From assembly GCA_040753015.1 (NCBI GenBank), contig JBFMHM010000001.1, positions 275,157 to 339,156 of the forward strand: a stretch of DNA of 64,000 bases, written 5' to 3'. Below the pieces are notes generated by a model. The model ran no database searches and was not told where the DNA came from. It was given only the letters and a program-made list of their open reading frames with translations. The stretch's first letter is position 1. Each line of letters opens with the position of its first letter. A program made the position numbers and the translations under genes. This DNA comes from Candidatus Omnitrophota bacterium (lineage in GTDB: Bacteria > Omnitrophota > Gorgyraeia > Gygaellales > JBFMHM01). Positions 29,509 to 39,303 of this stretch are shown here, in pieces.

Positions 29509-31109
29509 AACCTTGCGTTTAAAGTCATCCCACTGTCAATTTCGCGGACTGAAAATCCGCCGCCTTTACGCCAATTTTTATTAACATTAAGATAGGTTTT
29601 TAATGTCAATGTATCCCAGAGCCTATAATTAAAATCGAACCCCCCTCTTTGATTCAAAGTATTTGCATCAACTGCTTGGCGCTGACTGGCTTGGAAACTA
29701 TAATTAAATCTTCCGGTAAATTTAGAACCAACAGTGAAATCAAAATTAAAAGCTACGTTATTAGTCCTATCTATTCTATCAAAAGGAGAAGAATAGAATT
29801 CCCGAATATAAGTATAATTTAAACCAGGTGTATAGGAAAAATCTGGAAAAGAAAAACGATAAGATATTCCTGCAGTACCAGTGTTAACAATATTATTGTT
29901 TGTTCCAGCATAATCACCAAATTTCCGGTAATTATACCCCCAATTCCAAGAAAAATCCCCCACATAGTCAGAAACAGTTATATCTGCTGTATGCGTTCGA
30001 TTATCCGTTGTGCGTAAAGTTGAACGCTGCCAGCGAAAATCATAACGCGGGTTTATAGTAAAACTTCTTCTGTCTTTAATAGGTATAATTCTAAAAGCAA
30101 TCGAAGGATTTCTGGTATTTGTCGCCTCTTGGCCAGGAATTTTATCCAAATTATCATGGTATGTCATATAATTAAATGTTGTTGAAAAGCGCGAATTATT
30201 AAATAACCTCAACGTATACTGATACATCTCTTGGTCTATCGTTGCCGAACCAGAATCAGTCATAAAATTTGGGTCAATACGATGGAACCTAAAAGAAAAA
30301 CCAACTGGGTCTTTATCATAATCTGCCCCGGCTTTAATAGCATTGCCTAAGCGATGGCCATCAATAGTCACTGTGTTATTATCACGGGCAAAACTTCTGG
30401 CAAATTCGCTGGTAAGTTTAAGATTATCAAAAACCTGCAACTCTTGATCTAAACTCCAAACATAGTTACGAAGCCCGGTAGCATTTTGTTCCATTTCTTT
30501 AATTGTACCAGTATCATCAATATTGTAAACAAAATTTGCACCTAACTTTAAATCGTTTATCCAAGCGCCGTCTCGAATCACCTGATAATTCGCCCGCTGG
30601 CCTAAAACATAACGCATATATGTTGGATTTGGAATAGTTGTATCGCGCCGGCCAACACGAGATAGGACTGTATTCAAAGTAACCCTATCAAAAGTCGAAT
30701 CAACTGAAACACCTTCTAGCGAGCGAGACAGGGTTAAATCGGTAAAATTAGAATAGATATCTCCAATCTGTATATCAAATGTATCATTGCGTGTTTCAAT
30801 CAACCATGAAAGAAGCCGTACGCTATTATGGTTGGGGTCAATTTCATCATCATCTGTTTTTCTAAGCTGCATCTGAAAACTAGATATCCAGCCGTCCTGA
30901 AATTGCTTCGCAGCAGATAACCCTAATTCTGTCAACGAATGCCAGCCAGGCTCCTTAAAAGATAAACTACGATTGCCAGTAACATTTTCGTATTTTACTG
31001 TCTGCAGCAAGTCTATATCAACAGGCAAATTCCATACATCAACCGCCAAAGCATTAGCAGGTATAAAAATGATAATGATTAATATTAATTTATATAAATT
31101 TCTTTTCAT
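29505..31109 (-). CDS. Outer-membrane beta-barrel protein
   Basis: Signal peptide, alternating aromatic strands, C-terminal F. Confidence 0.7.
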   Translation of the reverse strand: MKRNLYKLILIIIIFIPANALAVDVWNLPVDIDLLQTVKYENVTGNRSLSFKEPGWHSLTELGLSAAKQFQDGWISSFQMQLRKTDDDEIDPNHNSVRLLSWLIETRNDTFDIQIGDIYSNFTDLTLSRSLEGVSVDSTFDRVTLNTVLSRVGRRDTTIPNPTYMRYVLGQRANYQVIRDGAWINDLKLGANFVYNIDDTGTIKEMEQNATGLRNYVWSLDQELQVFDNLKLTSEFARSFARDNNTVTIDGHRLGNAIKAGADYDKDPVGFSFRFHRIDPNFMTDSGSATIDQEMYQYTLRLFNNSRFSTTFNYMTYHDNLDKIPGQEATNTRNPSIAFRIIPIKDRRSFTINPRYDFRWQRSTLRTTDNRTHTADITVSDYVGDFSWNWGYNYRKFGDYAGTNNNIVNTGTAGISYRFSFPDFSYTPGLNYTYIREFYSSPFDRIDRTNNVAFNFDFTVGSKFTGRFNYSFQASQRQAVDANTLNQRGGFDFNYRLWDTLTLKTYLNVNKNWRKGGGFSVREIDSGMTLNARF

Positions 31110-31151
31110 TTTATTATATTATAAAAAATATATATATTAAGTCAAGAATAA

Positions 31152-32972
31152 TCAGAATTGAACTTCTATTTCAAAATTTTCTTCTTGTTTAGCTAATGAA
31201 GTAGGAAATGGGGCAAAAGGGGATATTTTTTTAATGCTCGAGATAATTATCTCTTCTAATGCTTTATTTGAAGATTTTATTATGGCTGGGGTATCTTTTA
31301 ACCTGCCATCATCTGCTAATACGAAACTTACTTTTACAGTGCCGCATAAATTTTTGTCTAAAGAATTTTTACTCAAAAAATTAATTAAAGAATTTTTTAT
31401 ATAATTATAATAGTCTAATTTTCCTGCCTGCCACCCTAAAGGACTTACCTTATTAATTGTTTCTCTTCCGATAGCAACTTCTTTATTTTGTATTATGCTC
31501 ATAGGAACAACGATGTCATCATTCTTTAACGATGCCTCCTTGCCGGATGAATCACCGGAAATAATATGTGGCGTTAAAAATACTATAACCTCTTTTTTTT
31601 GCGGCTCTTTATTAACCTTTTTAAATAAATTACCTAATAACGGAATATCACATAGTATCGGAATTTGTGTATATGTAACCTTATCAGTTGTATCGATTAA
31701 CCCTGCAATTACAATTGTTACGCCGTCTTTTACCATGACGCTGGTTTCGGTTTCAGATGCCTCAATTATAGGAATTTTATTGCCTGATGCCGTGGTTAAA
31801 TCCCTTGGGGCAGAACTAACCTCTGGCCTAATTTTCATTGTTACAAATCCAAGATTATTTACAACCGGCGTTACATATAGTTTAACACCTACATCTATAA
31901 ATGAAACACTCTCTGCTGTTAATGAAGAACTGGTTGTCTGGCTAACTGTCTGCGTAACATATGGCTTAGTTGTGCCAACAAGTATTTTAGCCTCCTGGCC
32001 GCTAATCGTTGTAATTCTCGGCGCGGACAAAAGATTAGTCTTGCCAATAGTTTCAAGCGCGCTTACAACTGCAGTGTAACTCGATGCCCCTGCAGCAATA
32101 CCAATAACAGTTTTTCCACTGGTTAAAAAATTCTGAATTAACCTTGTCTGTACTTCGGCCTTGCTTAGTATAAAATCCCAGTCAATACCAAGGGCGTATT
32201 CCTTAGTCAAATGAACCTGTACAATTTTTGCATCGATCAAAACTTCTTTCGTCTTTTCATCTAAAGCAGAAATAATATTATCAATATTTTTAATTTTACT
32301 TTTTAAGTCCGTTATGAAAATTTTATTTGTCCTTTCGTCTATCTCAATCATGCCGATACCTTTAGTTATATGCGCCTCTAGCTTAGTTTTTACTTCTCCC
32401 GCTTTAGCAAAATTTAAAGGATATATTTTTGTTTCTGTCGGTAAATCCAGCTCTTCAATTAATCCTGACATTTCATTAATTTTTGCTGCCACATCAATTA
32501 AAACGAGTGAATTTGTCGGCTGATCTATTATTACCCTGCCTAAGCTCGACTTCATCTGATTTAAAATATTCACAACTTGATCAGCCTTAGCATATTTTAA
32601 TTTTATTGACTTAGCTTGTGTCCTGTCTTTATGCCTTTGGCCGTATAATAATTCATAATCACGCTGGCTCATCACAGTAATGATATTATCCTTAATGTCA
32701 TAAGCAAGGCCGTTCGCTGATAAAATCGTCTCAAATGCATCAAATGCTGGTACATCTTTTAAAAATATCGTAACTTTACCCTGAATATCTCTTGCTGCAA
32801 CAATATTCATCCCCGTCTTCTGCGATAAAAGTTTTAATACATCAAGAATGTCCATATTGCGAAGATCAAGTGAGATCTTTTGTTGTATATCAGCTAAACT
32901 AATTTTTAAATAAACCATCGAGAAAAAAACTAGAAAAACAATTATTATTCTTAAAACCTTTTTATAAAACAA
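31152..32972 (-). CDS. Secretin (GspD/PilQ family) with C-terminal TonB_C-like domain
   Basis: ISLDLRNMDI, VLIDAKIV, LLSAPRI, IPILCDIPLLGNLFK; tail VKVSFVLADDG..KSSNKALE..PFAPFP. Confidence 0.9.
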   Translation of the reverse strand: MFYKKVLRIIIVFLVFFSMVYLKISLADIQQKISLDLRNMDILDVLKLLSQKTGMNIVAARDIQGKVTIFLKDVPAFDAFETILSANGLAYDIKDNIITVMSQRDYELLYGQRHKDRTQAKSIKLKYAKADQVVNILNQMKSSLGRVIIDQPTNSLVLIDVAAKINEMSGLIEELDLPTETKIYPLNFAKAGEVKTKLEAHITKGIGMIEIDERTNKIFITDLKSKIKNIDNIISALDEKTKEVLIDAKIVQVHLTKEYALGIDWDFILSKAEVQTRLIQNFLTSGKTVIGIAAGASSYTAVVSALETIGKTNLLSAPRITTISGQEAKILVGTTKPYVTQTVSQTTSSSLTAESVSFIDVGVKLYVTPVVNNLGFVTMKIRPEVSSAPRDLTTASGNKIPIIEASETETSVMVKDGVTIVIAGLIDTTDKVTYTQIPILCDIPLLGNLFKKVNKEPQKKEVIVFLTPHIISGDSSGKEASLKNDDIVVPMSIIQNKEVAIGRETINKVSPLGWQAGKLDYYNYIKNSLINFLSKNSLDKNLCGTVKVSFVLADDGRLKDTPAIIKSSNKALEEIIISSIKKISPFAPFPTSLAKQEENFEIEVQF

Positions 32973-33501
32973 GCTGCGCCTCCTGTCCGTTGGACTCTAA
33001 AATTACTTTATCTTCTTTGATATCTTTTATTTTTATGCCTAAAAATGTCTCGCCTTTATGAACGAAATAAGTCTTGTTCGTATTTCTATCCTCTATAATC
33101 GCTTCATTAACAGCAATTATACCTACTAAATTAAATTGTGATAACATTCTATTAATAAAAATTTCGCTTGGCTGGCCTTTGGATGTTTGAAGATTTTCCT
33201 CCTTAGCCTCTTGATTTTCTATAGCAAAAATATCCTTATCGATATTTAAAGTTAGATGTTGAAGAGGTAGCTCTTTGCTATCTTCTTTTTTTTCAACAAG
33301 CACAACCTCTTTATCTTGAGGTTGTTTTATAAATATGTTAAAGATTAAATAAGCACAAAGAAAGATAATAAAAATAATCAAAACTGTATTTAATAAAAAA
33401 CTAAAATTGGGCTTAGTTTTTATTTTTTGCCTATTTAGCGGGCTCGTATCCGCCTTAATTATCTTTAAAAGTTTTTCTTCGGGAGTAATATTTTTATTCA
33501 T
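32962..33501 (-). CDS. Single-pass GspC/PilP/ExeB-like protein
   Basis: One TM; LVGII..AIIED..YFVHKGE..IKDIKEDKVIL. Confidence 0.65.
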   Translation of the reverse strand: MNKNITPEEKLLKIIKADTSPLNRQKIKTKPNFSFLLNTVLIIFIIFLCAYLIFNIFIKQPQDKEVVLVEKKEDSKELPLQHLTLNIDKDIFAIENQEAKEENLQTSKGQPSEIFINRMLSQFNLVGIIAVNEAIIEDRNTNKTYFVHKGETFLGIKIKDIKEDKVILESNGQEAQLVL

Positions 33502-34303
33502 TTTCTGATATAACTTCTTCGATTAAATTACGGTCAATAAAATTTTTATCTTGGCTAACTGCTAGCCTAAGCGCATCATGACAAATACAATTAATTTGAC
33601 GCGGATATCCTTGAGTATGGAGATAGATCAAATTAACCGCACTATCAGAAAATAACAATTTATTAGCATATCCTGCTTCTTTAAGCCGGAATTCAATCAT
33701 TTCCTTTGTCTGCATTTCGTCAAATGGATTAATTGTATATTTTAAACTTATGCGATCAAAAAAATTACGGACTTTTTTAAGCCGCGGCAAAATCTCAAGC
33801 TGAGATAAAATTACAAGCTGAAGCATCTTGTACTCGTTTGTTTCATAATTTAAAAGCACGCGCAAGATTTCTAAAAAATCCGGCGTGAGTTTTTGCCCTT
33901 CATCAATCATAAGAATAATAGTTTTATTATCTTCTACTGTCTGTCGATATAAATATCTTTCTAACGCTTCTTTATAATCAAGAGTAGAGTTAAATTGAGT
34001 TTGAATATCAAAAATTTTTATTAGATATGAAAGAAATTGATACTCGCTTTTAAAACTAGGGTCTAGAATTAAGTGAAAAACGAAATTATTTTCTTTAGCG
34101 AAATTCTGTAATAGTATCCTGCTTAAGGTGGTTTTTCCTGTACCGACATCGCCTAAAATAAGGCTTAAGCCACGGCGCAGACGGATTGAAATTTCTAAAC
34201 GGTTAAGCGCGGAAAAATGATCCTTTGAGCGGTAAAAAAACTGCGGGTCTGGGCTAGTAGAAAATGGCTCTTTATTTAAACCAAGAATTTTATAATAACT
34301 CAT
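33494..34303 (-). CDS. ExeA/GspA family AAA ATPase
   Basis: PFSTSPDPQFFY, GDVGTGKTT, IDEGQ, GYPRQINCIC. Confidence 0.9.
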   Translation of the reverse strand: MSYYKILGLNKEPFSTSPDPQFFYRSKDHFSALNRLEISIRLRRGLSLILGDVGTGKTTLSRILLQNFAKENNFVFHLILDPSFKSEYQFLSYLIKIFDIQTQFNSTLDYKEALERYLYRQTVEDNKTIILMIDEGQKLTPDFLEILRVLLNYETNEYKMLQLVILSQLEILPRLKKVRNFFDRISLKYTINPFDEMQTKEMIEFRLKEAGYANKLLFSDSAVNLIYLHTQGYPRQINCICHDALRLAVSQDKNFIDRNLIEEVISENE

Positions 34304-34523
34304 CTTTTATTTCTTTAATTGATTTGCCTTTACGCCGTAATTCTCGAATTAGCTTAAGTAGGCTTAATGTACCTTGATTAAAATAACGATAATTTGAACC
34401 AAAGCTACGGCCTGCTTCTTTTATCAGGCCAATCTTTAGGTAGAATTTTATTGTATGAAGCGAATACCCACTCTCTCTTGCTAAATCTTTAATTAAATAT
34501 AATATATTTACTTTATTATTCAT
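34290..34523 (-). CDS. Small MerR-family HTH protein
   Basis: IKDLARESG..TIKFYLKIGLI..YRYF; ATG 34523 lies downstream of the promoter. Confidence 0.85.
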   Translation of the reverse strand: MNNKVNILYLIKDLARESGYSLHTIKFYLKIGLIKEAGRSFGSNYRYFNQGTLSLLKLIRELRRKGKSIKEIKDELL

Positions 34524-34526
34524 CCG

Positions 34527-34572
34527 CTCTCTACCTAGAGAGTAATTGTACACAAAAAAGAAATCAAGTCAA
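34527..34572 (-). promoter_or_regulatory. sigma70 promoter plus palindrome upstream of the MerR-ExeA-secretin operon
   Basis: TTGACT-16-TACAAT (TG-extended); CTCTCTA-cc-TAGAGAG at 34527-34542. Confidence 0.55.
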
Positions 34573-34585
34573 GAAAAATAAAAAA

Positions 34586-35515
34586 TTATTTGCAGCGAAA
34601 ATAACTAATTGTTTTGCTAAGACCCGTTATAAGGCCGACTTTTGGCTGCCAATTTAGAAGTTTTTTTGCCAAAGCTATATTTGGACAGCGGACTTTGGGA
34701 TCATCCTGAGGAAGAGGCAAATATTTAAGTTTACTTTTTGATTCGGGAATAAGTTTTAGGATACTCTTAGCAAAATCTAAAACTGTCATTTCAACAGGAT
34801 TACCTAAATTTATCGGCAAATTATAATTACAGTTCATTACATAATAAATCCCCTCTACTAAATCATCTATATAACAAAAACTTCGCGTCTGACTACCTTT
34901 TCCGTAAATAGTCAGTGGTTTATTTTTTAATGCCTGGCTAATAAAGTTTGGCACAACCCTGCCATCATCTACCTGCATCCTTGGCCCATAGGTGTTAAAA
35001 ATCCGAATGATTCTTGTATTAACTTTATGCACCCTGTGATAAGCCATAGTAATACTTTCGGCAAAGCGCTTTGCTTCATCATAACAGCCGCGCGGGCCAA
35101 CGCAATTTACATTACCGTAATAGTTTTCATTTTGCGGATGAATTTTTGGGTCGCCATAAACTTCGGAAGTTGACGCAAGCAAAAATTTAGCCTTCTTAGT
35201 TTTTGCAATACCTAATGCATTGTGTGTACCTAAAGAACCTACCTTCAAAGTCTGAATAGGATGCTCTAAATAATCCTTAGGGCTTGCGGGAGAGGCAAAA
35301 TGCAAAACAAAATCAATTTTTTTATCGATATTTATTGGCTTTGAAACATCATGCTTGATAAATTTAAAGCGCTTATTATTTAAAGCATTTTTTATATTAT
35401 CTAAACTTCCTGTAATTAAATTATCTACACAAATAACCTTATGATTTTTAGCTAACAAAAATTCACAAAGATGCGAACCAATAAATCCTGCCCCGCCAGT
35501 AACCAATATTATCAT
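34586..35515 (-). CDS. UDP-glucuronate decarboxylase (UXS-like SDR)
   Basis: [39 protein letters not shown]. Confidence 0.93.
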   Translation of the reverse strand: MIILVTGGAGFIGSHLCEFLLAKNHKVICVDNLITGSLDNIKNALNNKRFKFIKHDVSKPINIDKKIDFVLHFASPASPKDYLEHPIQTLKVGSLGTHNALGIAKTKKAKFLLASTSEVYGDPKIHPQNENYYGNVNCVGPRGCYDEAKRFAESITMAYHRVHKVNTRIIRIFNTYGPRMQVDDGRVVPNFISQALKNKPLTIYGKGSQTRSFCYIDDLVEGIYYVMNCNYNLPINLGNPVEMTVLDFAKSILKLIPESKSKLKYLPLPQDDPKVRCPNIALAKKLLNWQPKVGLITGLSKTISYFRCK

Positions 35516-35636
35516 TATTCAATATTCAATTTGCCAATTATCCAAATCCAAATAAATGTCCAATTATTTAAGCTCCAATTAATTGCGTAATTGGTCATTG
35601 GGATTTTATTTGACATTGGGATTTGGTTATTGGCAT
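35516..35636. repeat. Cargo-less inverted arrays of CCAA(A/T)/TTGG short repeats
   Basis: ccaattatccaaatccaaataaatgtccaatt... facing aattggtcattgggattttatttgacattgggatttggttattgg. Confidence 0.75.
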
Positions 35637-36580
35637 TTTTGTTTAAACCAATCTACGGTCATTTTTAATCCTTGCTCAAAGTTTACCGTCGGCTGCCAAC
35701 CAATTATTTTTTTTGCTTTTGCAATCGAGGCAAGCGTTTTCTCTACGTCTCCAGGGCGTTTATCAATAAACACCGGTTTAATTTTCTTTTGCATAATTTT
35801 ATTTAAAGCTCGTACTAAATTAAGAATCGTATTATCAAATCCAACACCGATATTAAAAACATCTCCTAGTAATCTTTTCTTCGATAAAGCACATTCAATA
35901 TTAGCGCTTACGACATTATCGATAAAAGTAAAATCCCTGGATTGCCTGCCTGTACCATGAATCGTTGGCTGTTGATCATTAAGCATCATAGTGATAAATT
36001 TCGGCACAACTACAGCATATTCATCATCTATACCTTGGCGCGGCCCAAAAACATTAAAATACCTTAAACAAGCCGTTTCTAAACCATAATTCATGCTAAA
36101 AATTCGGCAATAATACTCCCCTGCCAACTTTGTTAATGCATAAGGAGAAATTAAAAGCGGAGCATCTGTTTCCCTCTCAGGAAATTTATTACTTTCTCCA
36201 TAAACTGAGCTAGAAGAAGCAAAAACTAGCCGCTTAACTTTATTTTTTAATGCGGCATTTAAAATATTTAATGTTCCGTCAATATTTACTTCATTGTACT
36301 CTGCTGGATTTTCTAGTGATTTTGGCACTGAACGAAGCGCTGCCTGATGTAAGATAAAATCAACCCCTTTAGCCGCATTTAAACAATCATTTGTATTACG
36401 AATATCGCCCTTGATTAGTTCGAAAACTCTTCGGTTCGCTGGTTCTTCAGTAAAAAACAAGTTATCAATTTTTCCGGAAGAAAAATTGTCAAGAACACGC
36501 ACAAAATGGCCTTGTTTTAAAAGTTTTTCGGTAATATGCGACCCGATAAATCCCGCCCCGCCAGTAACCAAAAATCTCAT
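35627..36580 (-). CDS. NAD-dependent nucleotide-sugar epimerase (WbpP-like)
   Basis: [36 protein letters not shown]. Confidence 0.92.
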   Translation of the reverse strand: MRFLVTGGAGFIGSHITEKLLKQGHFVRVLDNFSSGKIDNLFFTEEPANRRVFELIKGDIRNTNDCLNAAKGVDFILHQAALRSVPKSLENPAEYNEVNIDGTLNILNAALKNKVKRLVFASSSSVYGESNKFPERETDAPLLISPYALTKLAGEYYCRIFSMNYGLETACLRYFNVFGPRQGIDDEYAVVVPKFITMMLNDQQPTIHGTGRQSRDFTFIDNVVSANIECALSKKRLLGDVFNIGVGFDNTILNLVRALNKIMQKKIKPVFIDKRPGDVEKTLASIAKAKKIIGWQPTVNFEQGLKMTVDWFKQKCQ

Positions 36581-39303
36581 AGCCTTACTACCCTGTTATT
36601 GGATTGTTTATAAACATTACAGGTGTCAAAGATAAATTTAGAATTGCCTAAAATAAATTCATAATCTAAATTAGAATGGTTTGAAACAATTATTATACAA
36701 TCAAATGAATTTAAAAATGCTTTTCCTAGATCGGAACTTTTTAAGTCAATATTTTTAAATTTTAGAAATGGAATCAACGGATCATGGTAGAAAACTTTGG
36801 CTTTCTTAAGCTGCAGATATTTAATTATATCTAAACTGGCTGCCTTACGTAGATCGATTACATCCTTCTTATAAGTTACGCCTATAAGCAATATCTTTGC
36901 ATTTTTTATTTTTTTATTGCGTCTTACTAATTCCTCTTCAACGCGCTGGCATATATATTCTGGCATATATGAATTTATATCCGCGGCTAGCTTTATAAAT
37001 TTTGATTTAAAACCATAATGCTTTGCCTTCCAAAATAAGTATAAAGGATCTTTGGGAATACAATTATGGACGGCTATACCAAAAGATGTAACAAAAGAAT
37101 GCGGTTTTTCAGTTTCAATTGAATAAACTAAATCTGATTTATCAAAAGAAATCTCTTTAACTTCCGTTGTTGCAAAACCATCATGCCTAATGAATGTTTT
37201 ATTTATTGGCCGATTTTTGTTCAATTCTAGATATCTTAAAATAATTTCTTTCTTTTTACCATCAAAAATATCTTTAAAAAACTCTATTTGTCCATAGCCA
37301 AAAATATTCAAAGCATACTTTCTTCTCTTGAACGTAGGAATAATATCTAGATCATGCAAAAGCAATATTAATTGTTGAAATAATTTTTTACTTGAAGTGA
37401 AATAAGATATGTTTGCGGTGTTAACCTTATGGAAATATTCTTTTTGATTTTTACGATAATGCCATTTGCCAAAAAAATGTTCGACACAAGCATCTCCTCT
37501 AAAAATACCTGCTAATAACGCAATTTTTTTATCTTTATCTAGGCTATACATTTTATCCGGTATCGCCATTGAATAACAATCTTTACCGCAATTTAGAATA
37601 TCGCCTATCAAAATTCCAAAAACATTAGAAGAAACTTTGATACAACTTGTATGCCATTTTTTTGACTCATATATAGAATATCTCAATGATATTTTTTTAA
37701 CTATAGCACAAACATCTTCGATATATTCTTTTTCGCTGCGATTAAAACTAAATCTAACCCTATAAGACTTATCTTTTGTCAAGCAACCCTCGCTTAAATA
37801 ATAACCAATAAGCCTGCAAAAATCCTCATCTAGATCGATAACTGCGTTAATTTCACTATAAGACGGCCCGCGGCCACTGCAAATTAATAAATCTCGATGT
37901 TGTATTTTAATAAAATTATCTAATTCATAAAAATATTTCAAAGGTAGAATATTATATTTTATATAATAATCGAATGCTGGCGGCGTCTTGCCATTATTTT
38001 TTTCTTGTAAAATTTTCTTTAATTCAACTCTATAAATTGACCAGAGAAAGTTTTTTGGCTTAATACGCAGCTTATCGATAAACTCTCTTTCTTTACTTTT
38101 AATTTCACTGATTAAATCAACACTGTTGTCATTTGGCCGACAATCATCAAATTTTGGTAATTTCATAAAAAGAGGAAGCCTGTCTCCTTTTTGTAGGTCT
38201 TTCGCATACTTTAATTCCCAAGTATTATTGTAAACAAACATTGGATGCCTATCCGTAACCTTAAGCAATCTGCCATCCTGCGTCTTAATATTAACCATTG
38301 TTCCGCTATAAGGCCTAACAGCTGCTGCTGTAATATTTTTAAAACATGTTTTTCTTTTTATTGGATCGAAAGATAAAACTTTAACATTATCTGCTGGATC
38401 ATTATTAATATGCTCAACAAGGCTGGATATAGGCATAGTTTTCAGCTTATTTTCTTCTTTGACAAAGACTAGTTCATTTTTATCTAAACAATGCCCACCA
38501 ACTCCAGAGCTAGGATAAAAAGGCATAAAACCAAAAGGCTTTGTCTTTGCCGCCTCAATTACCTCCCATACATCTATGCCCATTCTGTGAGCCATAATTG
38601 CAAGCTCATTAATCAAACTTATGTTTATTAACCTAAAAGTGTTCTCTAAAAGCTTAACTGTTTCTGCTGCCCGGCTCGATGAAACAAGATGAACCTTCAC
38701 TACTATATTTTCATAAAGCAGTTTAGTTAGCTCTCCCGATTCCTTTGTAATACCGCCAACGATTTTAGGTATTTTTTTTAGCGGAAAATTAGCATTTCCT
38801 GGATCAATACGCTCTGGCGAAAAAGCTAGATAAAAATCACTTCCGCACTTTAATCCACTTTGTTGCAATATTGGCAAAATAAGCTCATCAGTTGTCCCCG
38901 GATATGTCGTGCTCTCTAAAACTATCAACTGCCCTTTATGTAAATATTTTGCAATCTGCTTTACAGCCGCAAGGATATATGAAACATTGGGTTGATACTT
39001 TCCTTTTAACGGGGTCGGCACGCAAATAATTATAATATCAGCATCGTTTAGAATTGAAAAATTATTTGTGGGAAATAATTTTTTATTCCCTATAACAAGC
39101 TCTAAGTCTTTTTTTTCTACATCCAATATATAACGTTGTGCATTTTTTGCTTTCTCTACCCTGTCACGATCGGAATCAATCCCAAAAACACAAAACCCCT
39201 TTTTTGCAAATTCAACAGCTAGAGGCAAGCCAACATAGCCTAAACCAATCACAGCTATCTTTGCATCTTTACTTATAATTTTTTCTTTAATAGTTAAGCT
39301 CAT
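36577..39303 (-). CDS. Nucleotide-sugar (UDP-GlcNAc/ManNAc-type) dehydrogenase precursor containing an intein
   Basis: GLGYVGLP, ESTTYPGTT, FSPERIDPG, KLLENTFR; GGH|intein|CIPKDP. Confidence 0.93.
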   Translation of the reverse strand: MSLTIKEKIISKDAKIAVIGLGYVGLPLAVEFAKKGFCVFGIDSDRDRVEKAKNAQRYILDVEKKDLELVIGNKKLFPTNNFSILNDADIIIICVPTPLKGKYQPNVSYILAAVKQIAKYLHKGQLIVLESTTYPGTTDELILPILQQSGLKCGSDFYLAFSPERIDPGNANFPLKKIPKIVGGITKESGELTKLLYENIVVKVHLVSSSRAAETVKLLENTFRLINISLINELAIMAHRMGIDVWEVIEAAKTKPFGFMPFYPSSGVGGHCLDKNELVFVKEENKLKTMPISSLVEHINNDPADNVKVLSFDPIKRKTCFKNITAAAVRPYSGTMVNIKTQDGRLLKVTDRHPMFVYNNTWELKYAKDLQKGDRLPLFMKLPKFDDCRPNDNSVDLISEIKSKEREFIDKLRIKPKNFLWSIYRVELKKILQEKNNGKTPPAFDYYIKYNILPLKYFYELDNFIKIQHRDLLICSGRGPSYSEINAVIDLDEDFCRLIGYYLSEGCLTKDKSYRVRFSFNRSEKEYIEDVCAIVKKISLRYSIYESKKWHTSCIKVSSNVFGILIGDILNCGKDCYSMAIPDKMYSLDKDKKIALLAGIFRGDACVEHFFGKWHYRKNQKEYFHKVNTANISYFTSSKKLFQQLILLLHDLDIIPTFKRRKYALNIFGYGQIEFFKDIFDGKKKEIILRYLELNKNRPINKTFIRHDGFATTEVKEISFDKSDLVYSIETEKPHSFVTSFGIAVHNCIPKDPLYLFWKAKHYGFKSKFIKLAADINSYMPEYICQRVEEELVRRNKKIKNAKILLIGVTYKKDVIDLRKAASLDIIKYLQLKKAKVFYHDPLIPFLKFKNIDLKSSDLGKAFLNSFDCIIIVSNHSNLDYEFILGNSKFIFDTCNVYKQSNNRVVRL
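37063..38490 (-). other. Intein (476 aa) with LAGLIDADG homing endonuclease
   Basis: Starts CLDKNE; block B VTDRHP; LIGYYLSEG and LLAGIFRGDA; ends VHN followed by Cys+1. Confidence 0.95.

Noticed and set aside
35583-35960. Plus-strand 125-aa ORF
   Set aside because: Begins in the repeat arm and runs antisense to the epimerase.
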